Source of the DNA: Alkanindiges sp. WGS2144
GTDB taxonomy: Bacteria > Pseudomonadota > Gammaproteobacteria > Pseudomonadales > Moraxellaceae
Reading direction: 5' to 3' (one strand)
Length of the DNA: 32,000 nucleotides
NCBI RefSeq assembly: GCF_043950625.1
Contig: NZ_CP171007.1
Part shown: positions 16,751-25,708 of the stretch, in pieces
Layout of the letters: the number at the start of each line of letters is the position of its first letter
Numbering within the stretch: position 1 is the first letter of the stretch
Position numbers and translations under genes: made by a program
The notes under the pieces: model-generated
The model's database searches: none
What the model was told of the DNA's origin: nothing
What the model saw: only the letters and a program-made list of their open reading frames with translations

Positions 16751-17101
16751 TTATAAGGTAAATGTCGGCGTGGCAGAATTTAATTTACCTGCCAGCAATT
16801 TTTCCGCAGCATTTTTAAACTTTAGCCCCTCCTCACCCAGTAACTGAATGGCAAAACCTGCTGGGCGTATGCCACTAGCGCGATGGGAAATCCAGATTAC
16901 CTTACCAGTCAGGGGAATCCGCTCAGATGAATCAGGCAGGCTAGTTACCACAAATACATCATCTCCCAGTATTACAGGGCGATTACTGGGAACAAACAAC
17001 CCGCCGCCCAGTACAAAAGGCATATAACAAGACTGCAAATTGGAAAGCTCGCGGATGGGGAAATTAATAATCCCGCCTGGACGTGGTGGTTGCATCATCA
17101 C
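16751..17101 (-). CDS. pilZ: PilZ domain protein (type IV pilus assembly PilZ-like)
   Basis: 116 aa. The sequence ...CYMPFVLGGGLFVPSN...LGDDVFVV..LPD..ERIPLTGKVIWI resembles the Pseudomonas PilZ found in the holB-pilZ-tatD order. Confidence 0.75.
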   Translation of the reverse strand: MMMQPPRPGGIINFPIRELSNLQSCYMPFVLGGGLFVPSNRPVILGDDVFVVTSLPDSSERIPLTGKVIWISHRASGIRPAGFAIQLLGEEGLKFKNAAEKLLAGKLNSATPTFTL

Positions 17102-17143
17102 TCCTTTTGAAAATGTTTAGACCACTTTATGCCGTATGATGGC

Positions 17144-18172
17144 TTATATCGTATCTGCCTGAAGCAGGTTCATTAGTTGCATCATCAGGCTATCATATAC
17201 CAATCCTGCCTGAATGTTTTGGGTCTGATTATGAATTGCCTCTAAAATTTGCTGTTGCAGCCCGAACAACTGCTCAAGATCAATATATTTCACCAGGGTG
17301 GTAAAGTCTAAATCTGTTTGCATTACCGGCTGGTTCAAATGGTAGGCAATCACATCACGCAGCATCCACTGCAACAGACTTAACCATTCAGGTAAGGTTA
17401 GTCGCTTTTGCCAGTTAGTGGACAAACTAATAGGTGATACACGCTGCTGTAGCAATTTTTGCCAGTCATTAAGCCATTCCTGTCGTGCCAAAAAAGCCGG
17501 TTGCTCAGCCAACAAAAGAGCAGCCAGTGGCGCCCCTCCACTAATATTCAGTAATAGCTGACCCTTCTCCTGATTCAAGCTGCTTTTTTTCGTCAGGTAA
17601 TCCAGGGCTTGCTGAGTGCTTACTTCGCCGACTCTATATTGCTGTAGACGACTGCGAATTGTGGCGGGTAGTTGCAAAGACTGATCGCTCACCAAAATTA
17701 AAGTGACCTGTTCTCCCGGTTCCTCCAGGGTTTTGAGCAACGCATTGGCGGCAGCAATATTCAGGCTTTCTGCCGGTTCAATAATGACTACACGCCAGCC
17801 TTTTCCGGTTTGCTGCACAAATGGCATAAAGTCACGAATCTGGTCAATTTTAATAATTTGGCTGGTTTTACCTTTATTATCTACCTCTGGAGAAATGCGT
17901 AAAAGTCCTGGGTGCGTATCTGCCTTTAGCCACTGGCAACTACTACATTCGCCACACGCCTGCTGAGCGCTGCGATCTAAACACAACAACCAGGCCGCCA
18001 GCTGATCTGCAAACAGGCGTTTACCAGTGCCCCTGTTCCCGCTGAGTAAAATAGCATGTGGAATTTTTGGAAAACGCGAAACTATCCTATGCCATGCTTT
18101 CTGTTGCCAAGGTAAATGCTCTATAAAATAATGATAATCGGGTACCTTGGAGATGTCTGAAATTTTTGTCAT
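17144..18172 (-). CDS. holB: DNA polymerase III subunit delta'
   Basis: 342 aa with HAILLSGNRGTGKRLFA, the zinc module CGECSSCQW, and NALLKTLEEP. Confidence 0.9.
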   Translation of the reverse strand: MTKISDISKVPDYHYFIEHLPWQQKAWHRIVSRFPKIPHAILLSGNRGTGKRLFADQLAAWLLCLDRSAQQACGECSSCQWLKADTHPGLLRISPEVDNKGKTSQIIKIDQIRDFMPFVQQTGKGWRVVIIEPAESLNIAAANALLKTLEEPGEQVTLILVSDQSLQLPATIRSRLQQYRVGEVSTQQALDYLTKKSSLNQEKGQLLLNISGGAPLAALLLAEQPAFLARQEWLNDWQKLLQQRVSPISLSTNWQKRLTLPEWLSLLQWMLRDVIAYHLNQPVMQTDLDFTTLVKYIDLEQLFGLQQQILEAIHNQTQNIQAGLVYDSLMMQLMNLLQADTI

Positions 18173-18323
18173 GTTAACTTTTACCTACTTTGTTTAAGGA
18201 TACCAAGCTGGTGTGGGTAGGGCAATGTAGGAGATTAAGAGATGCAAAGAGTTGAGTAGATAGTTTGGCATTCAATCAATTACACTAGGATATTAATTTA
18301 GTTTTCATGGAAAGCAGTGTACT

Positions 18324-18356
18324 AAATAAAAAACAGGCCTATTTGTGACCTGTTTT
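18324..18356 (-). terminator. Rho-independent terminator after kdsB
   Basis: The minus-strand RNA is AAAACAGGUC-ACAAAUA-GGCCUGUUUU, followed by UUUUUUAUUU. The stem contains a U.G wobble that would be an A.C mismatch on the plus strand, so the element looks minus-strand specific. Confidence 0.75.
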
Positions 18357-18392
18357 AAGAGTTTTAGCTCAGGCTTTAACTAGCACCAATCG

Positions 18393-19154
18393 CTAGGCAA
18401 AAAACGAAATATCCATGGCTTGTAAACGTGCCAGATCTTCTGCGGTATCTACGCCAGCAGGCAGAGATACCTGAGCAGTATCAATGGCAATACGACAGCC
18501 ATTCTCCAGCACCCGTAGCTGTTCCAGACTTTCTAATTTCTCCAGCTGCCCCATCGGCCAACTAACAAAATCCTGCAATAAAGCCACACGGTACGCATAT
18601 AAACCTAAGTGGCGCATAGCTTGTGCAGGTACGCTATTTATAGCATGGGCAAAACCATCACGATCCCATGGCACTGGCGCACGACTAAAATACAATGCTT
18701 CATTCTGGTTAGTAGTCACCACCTTAACAATACTGGCCCGGGTAAATTCTTCTATGCTGTGAATACGTTCACATAAAGTGGCCATGGCACAATCCGGTTT
18801 ACTGAGCAGTAAATCTGCTACCTGCTGCACCAGTAAAGCGGGTAATAATGGCTCATCCCCTTGTACGTTGACCACAATATCATCCCTGTCCCAACCACGA
18901 ATACGTGCGACTTCACTTAAGCGATCTGTGCCGGAAGGATGATCTATACTGGTCATTACCACTTCTACTCCGGCCTGCTGGCAGACTTGTAAAATCCGCT
19001 CATCATCAGTGGCAACACAAATATCGTCAAAACCCTGAACCTTATGAGCCTGATCAACCACACGCAAAATCATGGGACGACCATGAATCTCCAGCAAGGG
19101 TTTACCGGGCAAACGCGAACTCCCATAACGGGCAGGAATAACAAGATGCTTCAT
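18393..19154 (-). CDS. kdsB: 3-deoxy-manno-octulosonate cytidylyltransferase
   Basis: 253 aa. The sequence has [20 protein letters not shown]..., VNVQGDEP and LEQLR.LENG. Confidence 0.92.
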   Translation of the reverse strand: MKHLVIPARYGSSRLPGKPLLEIHGRPMILRVVDQAHKVQGFDDICVATDDERILQVCQQAGVEVVMTSIDHPSGTDRLSEVARIRGWDRDDIVVNVQGDEPLLPALLVQQVADLLLSKPDCAMATLCERIHSIEEFTRASIVKVVTTNQNEALYFSRAPVPWDRDGFAHAINSVPAQAMRHLGLYAYRVALLQDFVSWPMGQLEKLESLEQLRVLENGCRIAIDTAQVSLPAGVDTAEDLARLQAMDISFFA

Positions 19155-19193
19155 GCAAATTTCTCACTGGGTAAGTGAATTATTAAATAAAAT

Positions 19194-20222
19194 TTAACGC
19201 GTGGAGTGTTCCAGCTCAGGCAATGTAATTCCCAGGCTTTTTAGCTGTTGCAGTAATAACTCATAGCAGGCTTTGCTAAGCTGAGCCTGCACTGGCAACA
19301 CCCAAATGTTTTTTTCATCCAGCAAGTCAGCAAAAGCATGTATTTTTACCGCATCTTTTGCTGTACAGATAATAGGCAAATTATCGCCAAAATCCAGATC
19401 AGTAGGCTGGTAATCATGATGATCTGGAAAAGCATGTTCAATCACCTCAAAGCCAAGCTGCCTTAAGCTCTGAAAAAAACGCTGTGGCACTCCAATACCC
19501 GCCACAGCATGTACCTTGCCAGTCACAGGTGGAACTTTAGAGGATAAACTTAAGGGTTGTAAATCTTCAGCTTTTAGCTGCATACTGAGATGGCTGGTCG
19601 CTGAACGGCCATTTTCAATGACCGTGGCAGTATTTAGCCGACTAACTGGTTCCCGCAAAAAACCAGCAGGTAGTAATTGTTGATTGCCTAAGCCGCGGTC
19701 TACATCCAGCACAATCCATTCCAGATCGCGCTGCAAGGCCAGATGCTGTAAGCCATCATCGCTTAAAATGAGATCCAGATGTTTTCCAGCCATCTGACTG
19801 TGCTTTAAAAGCAGCTCAATCGCCTGCTGCCGGTTTGGCCCAACAGCCATGAGTGCCCCAGTTTGCTGCACAATCAGTACCGGTTCATCACCCACAATAT
19901 CCGGTGTATCGGTAGCTTCAACAATATGAGGAAATGGCCCCTTCCCCCCATAACCACGACTAATCACTGCCATTTCCAAACCAAAATACCGCAAGAAATG
20001 AACCAGTTCGATAATTAATGGTGTTTTGCCACTACCACCTACCGTAATATTGCCAATTATCATCACCGGCACAGGCGCCCGGTAGGATTTAAAAATATTT
20101 TGCTGATATAAATACTGGCGCAGACGACCGACCAGTCCATATAGAACCGATAATGGCTTTAACACTTTGAGCCAGCCAGCTTGTCTGGCCCAGGCCTCGG
20201 TAAATAGCTGATCAAGCGACAT
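19194..20222 (-). CDS. lpxK: tetraacyldisaccharide 4'-kinase
   Basis: 342 aa with IIGNITVGGSGKTP (P-loop), SRGYGG and ILSDDGLQH. Confidence 0.92.
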   Translation of the reverse strand: MSLDQLFTEAWARQAGWLKVLKPLSVLYGLVGRLRQYLYQQNIFKSYRAPVPVMIIGNITVGGSGKTPLIIELVHFLRYFGLEMAVISRGYGGKGPFPHIVEATDTPDIVGDEPVLIVQQTGALMAVGPNRQQAIELLLKHSQMAGKHLDLILSDDGLQHLALQRDLEWIVLDVDRGLGNQQLLPAGFLREPVSRLNTATVIENGRSATSHLSMQLKAEDLQPLSLSSKVPPVTGKVHAVAGIGVPQRFFQSLRQLGFEVIEHAFPDHHDYQPTDLDFGDNLPIICTAKDAVKIHAFADLLDEKNIWVLPVQAQLSKACYELLLQQLKSLGITLPELEHSTR

Positions 20223-20231
20223 GGTAGCTAC

Positions 20232-21965
20232 TCATGAGTGATCAAAGTCGCGCTGATACATCTGTGCATATAAACCGTTTTTGGCCAGCAATTCCTCATG
20301 TTTACCCACCTCCACAATTTTACCCTGATCCATCACCACAATACGATCCGCCTGCTCAATCGTTGACAAGCGGTGGGCTATCACAATCGTGGTACGGCTT
20401 TTCATGGCATTTTGCAAGGCAGCCTGAATATAATGCTCAGATTCATTGTCCAGGGCACTGGTGGCTTCATCCAGAATCAGGATAGGCGCATCTTTTAATA
20501 AGGCGCGTGCGATGGACAAGCGCTGGCGCTGTCCACCAGATAAACTATTGCCTTGCGAGCCTAAAATCGTGTCATACCCCTGCGGTAAGGCCATAATAAA
20601 ATCATGGGCATAGGCTGCTTTTGCGGCAGCAATAATTTCTTCATCTGTCTTGCTGGCAAGTTGCCCGTAGGCGATATTTTCCCGCACGCTACGGTCAAAT
20701 AACACTACCTGCTGGCTTACTGTAGATACCTGACTGCGTAGTGAGGCAAGTTTAATTTCTTCTAGCGCAATATCATCCAGAGTAATTTTGCCTGCACTCA
20801 GTGGCTGAAAACGCTGTAACAGGTTAACCAGCGAGGACTTGCCTGCACCGGAACGGCCAACCAGTGCAATCGTTTCGCCAGCGTTGATTTGCAGGTTAAA
20901 ATTATTAATGGCGGTTTTGCCATCACTATACACCAGACTAACCTGCTCAAAGCCGATTTTCCCGGATAGAACAGGAGTTTTAGTACCTGTATCCTGCTCG
21001 GATGGCATATCAATAATGTCAAAAATCGAGTGAGCCGCGGCAAGACCACGCTGGATCTTTTCATTCACATCAGTCAGGGATCGGATTGGCTTGCTCAATA
21101 AACCCGCCGCAGTTAAATAAGCCACAAACTCGCCAGCACTGGTGTCACCCAGAATCTGGGGGCGCAGGGCAATCCAGATAACAATAGCCAGAGCTACCGC
21201 CATAAACACCTGAATAACCGGCGTACTGACACTGGCAGTAATTACCAGCTTTAAGCCACGCTTTAAGTTTAACAGGGAAAAACGCTCAAAGCGCTTGCTC
21301 TCAAACTCTTGCCCACCATAGCTTTTAACCACGTTATAGCCGTTGATGGCTTCTTGCACCACATGGTTAACATCCCCCATGGTCGCCTGCATCTGGGTGG
21401 ACAGCTTACGCATGCGCTTGCTGACTTTACGTACCAAAAACCCAATAATGGGTGCCACAATCAGTAAGGATAAAGACAGGCGCCAGTTGGTATAGAACAA
21501 ATAACCCAGCAGGCCGATTACCACCAAACCATCACGCACAATGGTCTGAGTCGCCTCTGTAGACGCTGCGGTGACCTGCTCAACGTTATATAAAATTTTT
21601 GAAGTAATATGACCGGTTGAGTTTTCAATATAATAGCTGGGTGGCAACTGCAAAAACTTGTTAAACACCTCCTTACGCAAGTTAAATACCAGACCACGGG
21701 AAATATAAGCCAGAAAATAGCCGCCCATGACCGAGCCTATACCGCGCACAAAAACCAGCAGTACCACCAGAAAAGGAAAAAGATTGCGTGCAGAATGATC
21801 ACCATGGTTAATGGCATCAATAATATACTTGATTAACCTGGCGACAGATACTTCAGTGGCAGCGTTAATGGCAAAACCAATAACCACCAGTATGCCTGCC
21901 CACCAGTAGGACTTTAAGTAAGACAGTAAACGTAAATAGACCTTAAAGTCTTCTGTCTTGTTCAA
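20232..21965 (-). CDS. msbA: lipid A export ABC transporter permease/ATPase MsbA
   Basis: 577 aa: a six-helix TMD plus an NBD with GRSGAGKSS (Walker A), LSGGQRQR and ILILDEATSALD. The start codon is TTG (21965-21963), with GAGG 9 nt upstream. It overlaps the exbD TGA stop as TTGA. Confidence 0.9.
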   Translation of the reverse strand: MNKTEDFKVYLRLLSYLKSYWWAGILVVIGFAINAATEVSVARLIKYIIDAINHGDHSARNLFPFLVVLLVFVRGIGSVMGGYFLAYISRGLVFNLRKEVFNKFLQLPPSYYIENSTGHITSKILYNVEQVTAASTEATQTIVRDGLVVIGLLGYLFYTNWRLSLSLLIVAPIIGFLVRKVSKRMRKLSTQMQATMGDVNHVVQEAINGYNVVKSYGGQEFESKRFERFSLLNLKRGLKLVITASVSTPVIQVFMAVALAIVIWIALRPQILGDTSAGEFVAYLTAAGLLSKPIRSLTDVNEKIQRGLAAAHSIFDIIDMPSEQDTGTKTPVLSGKIGFEQVSLVYSDGKTAINNFNLQINAGETIALVGRSGAGKSSLVNLLQRFQPLSAGKITLDDIALEEIKLASLRSQVSTVSQQVVLFDRSVRENIAYGQLASKTDEEIIAAAKAAYAHDFIMALPQGYDTILGSQGNSLSGGQRQRLSIARALLKDAPILILDEATSALDNESEHYIQAALQNAMKSRTTIVIAHRLSTIEQADRIVVMDQGKIVEVGKHEELLAKNGLYAQMYQRDFDHS

Positions 21966-22390
21966 TCAGTTCGACCTCGATGTGGCACACGTGTGCTGAT
22001 ATTTAAGTTAACAAAGCCCAGCTTACCGGCGACATCCATTACCTGCACCACCGATTGGTGACTGGCCTTGCCATCTGCTGCAATGGTAAATGGTACATTA
22101 CGCTCGGTACCTGCTGCCTGCTTAATAGCAGCCATCAACTCTGCCTCGTTGTTATTACTTAAGCCCAGACCATTCACCAGATACTCCCCACCCGGCTTGA
22201 TCACCACTTCTACCTTTTGCTGGCGACTATCTGGCGGCACACCCGCAGCCTCAGGCAAGACCAGGTTAAGACGGCTATACTGGTTAAACGTAGTAGAAAC
22301 CAGTAAAAACACCAGTAAAAACAGTAGGCAGTCAATCATTGGCGTCAAATTAAGCTCGATAGGCTCAATTTTTGGCTTACGAAGCTTCAT
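21962..22390 (-). CDS. exbD: ExbD/TolR family biopolymer transport protein
   Basis: MKLRKPKIEPIELNLTPMIDCLLFLLVFLLV carries the conserved TM Asp. ATG 22390 is taken as the start. The track's longer ORF (to 22432) adds a non-conserved extension. Confidence 0.85.
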   Translation of the reverse strand: MKLRKPKIEPIELNLTPMIDCLLFLLVFLLVSTTFNQYSRLNLVLPEAAGVPPDSRQQKVEVVIKPGGEYLVNGLGLSNNNEAELMAAIKQAAGTERNVPFTIAADGKASHQSVVQVMDVAGKLGFVNLNISTRVPHRGRTD

Positions 22391-23054
22391 AGTGCAAGCC
22401 CTGATCCGGATGCTGCAAGCTGTCACTGACACTTAACTGGCTAGGTTTCACTTCACTGTAAAACAAAATGTTGATCAGCTGGTTACCTTGCGTTTCAAGC
22501 TGCATGGCAATATCAACAATTCTACGCTGAAAATAGCGATAGGCAATGAGAGCAGGAATGGCAACTACCATTCCTGCTGCCGTAGTAATCAACGCCTGAG
22601 AAATACCAGCCGCCAGCATGGCAGGATCAGTAACACCCCCGGCATTTACCGCCATAAATGACTCAATAATACCAATGACTGTACCAAGCAACCCTAAAAG
22701 CGGTGCAATAGCGCCAATTGTTCCCAGAAAGTTCAGGTTTTTTTCCAGGCTGTGTACCAACTCATTGGCGCGGGTTTGCATCTGGTTTTCAGTAAAGTTA
22801 AAACCATGTGGCTGACTTTCAATGCCGGTTGCCAGCAAGTCACCAAGAACACTGCGCTGCTTAAGCTGGCTTAATACCTGCTTATTTACAGCACCTGCAC
22901 GCACCTGTTTGCTAATTTGTCCAGTCAAACCAGCTGGAGCAATTTTATCTATGCGCAAACGAATACTACGCTCGATAATAATGGCACACATGGCTATGGA
23001 ACAAATAATTAACGGCAGCATGAGCCAACCGCCTGCCTTTACCAGTTCCCACAT
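22377..23054 (-). CDS. exbB: MotA/TolQ/ExbB family proton-channel protein
   Basis: 225 aa with three TM helices and the motif LGLLGTVIGII..F...A....D......GISQALITTAAGMVVAIPAL. Confidence 0.85.
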   Translation of the reverse strand: MWELVKAGGWLMLPLIICSIAMCAIIIERSIRLRIDKIAPAGLTGQISKQVRAGAVNKQVLSQLKQRSVLGDLLATGIESQPHGFNFTENQMQTRANELVHSLEKNLNFLGTIGAIAPLLGLLGTVIGIIESFMAVNAGGVTDPAMLAAGISQALITTAAGMVVAIPALIAYRYFQRRIVDIAMQLETQGNQLINILFYSEVKPSQLSVSDSLQHPDQGLHYEAS

Positions 23055-23099
23055 GAGTACGCTCCCTGAATCGTTTTAAAATTAGTGTCTATAAAGTAA

Positions 23100-23987
23100 T
23101 TATTGCGGATCAAGCACCGCTAGTATGCCTTCCAGTTCATCCAGACTATGGTAACGAATGACCATTTTACCTTTGCCCTTGTGGTTATGGTCTATCTCAA
23201 CCACAGCACCAAAACGCTCGGATAAACGGCGGCCAAGCTGTTCAATATCCGATGAGGTTTTAACTTTAGGCTTAGCCGCTGGTGGATTGAGCAGGTCACG
23301 AATCAGCTGCTCGGTCTGGCGTACGGACAGCATTTTATGCACGATGGTTTTGGCCACCCCGACCTGGTCTTTTAGTTTTAAAGCCAGTAAGGCACGTGCA
23401 TGCCCCATATCAATGTCGCCATGATCCAACATGGTCTTGACATCCTCATGCAGACTCATCAGGCGCAACAAATTACTTACTGTAGTCCGCGCCTTGCCAA
23501 CCGTATCCGCAATTTCCTGATGACTCATGCCAAACTCATCATGAAAACGTTGCAGGGCCATCGCCTGCTCCATGGGATTTAGGTCTTCTCGCTGGATATT
23601 TTCAATCAAGGCCAGCGCAATAGCCAGCTCATCTGGAATATCACGCACCAGCGCAGGCACAGTCGCTAGCCCGGCCAGTTTGGCTGCTCGCCAACGCCTT
23701 TCACCGGCAATAATTTCAAAAGGAATGCTGGATTGCTTACCCAGACGGCGCACCACAATCGGCTGCATAATACCGTGCGTTTTGATGGATTCGCTCAGTT
23801 CAGTTAACTGCTCGCTGGCAATTTCGCGCCGTGGCTGGTACTCGCCGCGCTGTAACTCACTGACATCAATATGCTGCAACTGTCCCTGCTCAGCAGCGCT
23901 GGCTTCTATATCCTGCTTTACCTGACGCACTGAGCCAAGCAAGGCATCCAAACCACGCCCCTGAGCCAAACCCCGTTTTTTACTCAT
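23100..23987 (-). CDS. parB: chromosome partitioning protein ParB
   Basis: 295 aa with GLDALLG, QPRREI, IIAGERRWRAAKLAGL, IENIQREDLNPMEQA and an HTH (HQEIADTVGKARTTVSNLLRL). Confidence 0.93.
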   Translation of the reverse strand: MSKKRGLAQGRGLDALLGSVRQVKQDIEASAAEQGQLQHIDVSELQRGEYQPRREIASEQLTELSESIKTHGIMQPIVVRRLGKQSSIPFEIIAGERRWRAAKLAGLATVPALVRDIPDELAIALALIENIQREDLNPMEQAMALQRFHDEFGMSHQEIADTVGKARTTVSNLLRLMSLHEDVKTMLDHGDIDMGHARALLALKLKDQVGVAKTIVHKMLSVRQTEQLIRDLLNPPAAKPKVKTSSDIEQLGRRLSERFGAVVEIDHNHKGKGKMVIRYHSLDELEGILAVLDPQ

Positions 23988-24775
23988 GCTGGTCTTCCCT
24001 GTGCTTTTTTGTGCTTCTTGCCTTGTTTTACCAGCTCGGCAGCGAGGTTTAAATAAGCAATGGCACCCTTGGAGCTTTTTTCATAAAACAAAATAGGCAT
24101 ACCATGCGCTGGTGCCTCAGCCAGCCGTACATTACGCGGGATTACGGTTTCAAATACCTTGTCACCAAAATGATTGATCAATTCGCTGGATACATCATTG
24201 GTCAAGGTATTGCGCGGGTCAAAAATAGTACGTAATACACCACGAATCTGTAATTCAGGATTTAAAGAGTGATTAATGCGTTCAATGGTATTGGACAAAT
24301 CTGCCAGTCCTTCTAATGCATAATATTCACACTGCATGGGAATAATCACACCATCGGCTGCACATAAGGCATTCACTGTAATCAGGTTAAGGCTTGGTGC
24401 ACAATCAATTAAAATATAATCATAAGCACTGGCTATACGGCCAAGGGCATCTTTTAAAACATACTCACGGCGATTTTTTTCTGCCAGTGCCAGCTCAATC
24501 CCGGCCAGCTCACGATTGGCCCCAATCAACTTGTAACCGGTTTCCGTGGTCAACAATGCCGCTTCAATAGGCGCATCTTCCAGCATCACATCGGTACTAC
24601 TGAAGTTCAACTCATTTTTTTGAACACCTGATCCCATGGTGGCATTGCCTTGTGGATCAAGGTCAATCAGCAGCACCCGTTTTTTTAAAACGGCCAGCGA
24701 GGCTGCCAGATTCACCGCAGTGGTGGTTTTTCCTACGCCGCCTTTTTGATTGGCGATGGCTAAAATTTCAGTCAT
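23984..24775 (-). CDS. parA: chromosome partitioning ATPase ParA/Soj
   Basis: 263 aa with the deviant Walker A motif NQKGGVGKTTTAVNLA. It overlaps parB by ATGA. Confidence 0.93.
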   Translation of the reverse strand: MTEILAIANQKGGVGKTTTAVNLAASLAVLKKRVLLIDLDPQGNATMGSGVQKNELNFSSTDVMLEDAPIEAALLTTETGYKLIGANRELAGIELALAEKNRREYVLKDALGRIASAYDYILIDCAPSLNLITVNALCAADGVIIPMQCEYYALEGLADLSNTIERINHSLNPELQIRGVLRTIFDPRNTLTNDVSSELINHFGDKVFETVIPRNVRLAEAPAHGMPILFYEKSSKGAIAYLNLAAELVKQGKKHKKAQGRPA

Positions 24776-24893
24776 ACAGGCTCTATGTTATTGTGCAAAG
24801 CGTCTCAATGCTAACAACTTATGGATACTAAAAATTCAACGTGGACGATTTATCCTACTAAAAGCAGCTAAATACAGCCACGAGTCATCTGAT

Positions 24894-24933
24894 ATTAAAA
24901 ACCGCCTATTAAAGCATTTTTAACCGGCAGTTT
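24894..24933 (-). terminator. possible terminator after rsmG
   Basis: The minus-strand RNA is AAACUGCC-(19-nt loop)-GGCGGUUU followed by UUAAU. The 8-bp stem includes one U.G pair. The long loop and short U-run make this weak. Confidence 0.35.
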
Positions 24934-24951
24934 GTATGTTCACAGCAAATA

Positions 24952-25575
24952 TCAGGTCAATAAAATCAAATGCCGCTGCTCATTTAAATGTGGTACCTGC
25001 AAGCCAATGACCTGCTGCTGATACTGCTCCAGCTGCGCCAGCTCATCAACGGGCACCACCCCTTTCATGGCAGCAAAGCAACCATTTGGCGCCAAAAAAG
25101 GCTGACCCAGATTGACAAAATCATTAAGTGAAGCAAAAGCACGACTGGTTACTACTTCAAATTGCCCAAGACTGGAAAAAATCGCATTATCCTCAACACG
25201 GCTTTGTATAGGATTGGCATTGGTTACTTTCATATCGGCGCTGACCTGACGCAAAAAGCGGATTTTTTTGCCATTACTATCAAGCAATACACATTCACGC
25301 TCAGGTTCAACCAGCGCAATAATAAAACCTGGCATGCCGCCACCAGTGCCAATATCCAGTAAGCGACCTTTCGGCAAATGCGGAATAATACTCAAGCTAT
25401 CCAGCAAATGCCTGACCAGCATTTCTTTGGGATCACGAATTGCAGTCAGATTAAATGCCTTGTTCCAAAGCACCAATTGATCCTGATATTGCAATAGCCG
25501 GTTTAGGGTGGTTTCTGGCAAGTCAAGCTTTAACGCCCGTACACCGTCCTGCAAGGATTTAAACAAGGGATGCAT
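24952..25575 (-). CDS. rsmG: 16S rRNA (guanine527-N7)-methyltransferase
   Basis: The SAM-binding motif LLDIGTGGGMPGFIIAL is present, and the length is about 207 aa. The track start at 25587 is GTG, so ATG 25575 (MHPLFKSLQ) is the likely start. Confidence 0.9.
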   Translation of the reverse strand: MHPLFKSLQDGVRALKLDLPETTLNRLLQYQDQLVLWNKAFNLTAIRDPKEMLVRHLLDSLSIIPHLPKGRLLDIGTGGGMPGFIIALVEPERECVLLDSNGKKIRFLRQVSADMKVTNANPIQSRVEDNAIFSSLGQFEVVTSRAFASLNDFVNLGQPFLAPNGCFAAMKGVVPVDELAQLEQYQQQVIGLQVPHLNEQRHLILLT

Positions 25576-25708
25576 GACAGGTCTCACTTTTGATCATGAA
25601 CAGACAAAATATTAATAAACAGCTGCTTGAACACAGGCCTATCATATCAATTTACCAGACTCAGGTTGATAGCACTGCCTGACAAACGCATAGCAACTAG
25701 GCAAATGG

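Noticed and set aside
18173-18323. The 150-nt gap upstream of holB where tmk would be expected, considered as a pseudogene remnant or sRNA.
   Set aside because: There is no ORF remnant with thymidylate-kinase motifs in any frame and no promoter-terminator pair for a plus-strand sRNA. The only strong structure is the kdsB terminator. The rest is most simply the holB promoter region.
21985-21996. The perfect 12-nt palindrome GCACACGTGTGC, considered as a parS or regulator site.
   Set aside because: It does not resemble parS. It lies inside the exbD coding sequence and, as RNA, can form only a 4-bp stem. I mention it only as context for exbD-msbA coupling.
24833-24848. A parS-like sequence, AATTCAACGTGGACGA, in the rsmG-parA gap.
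   Set aside because: It matches TGTTCCACGTGGAACA at only 11 of 16 positions and is not palindromic beyond the central ACGT. Isolated half-sites (GTTCCAC near 29876, GTGGAAC near 30730) also lack partners. This is not enough to call a ParB site.
24776-24951. oriC or a DnaA-box cluster near rsmG-parAB, also considered at 4445-4453 and 28031-28039.
   Set aside because: There are only isolated 6-7 of 9 matches to TTATCCACA. There is no cluster, no AT-rich 13-mer array and no dnaA or mnmG context.
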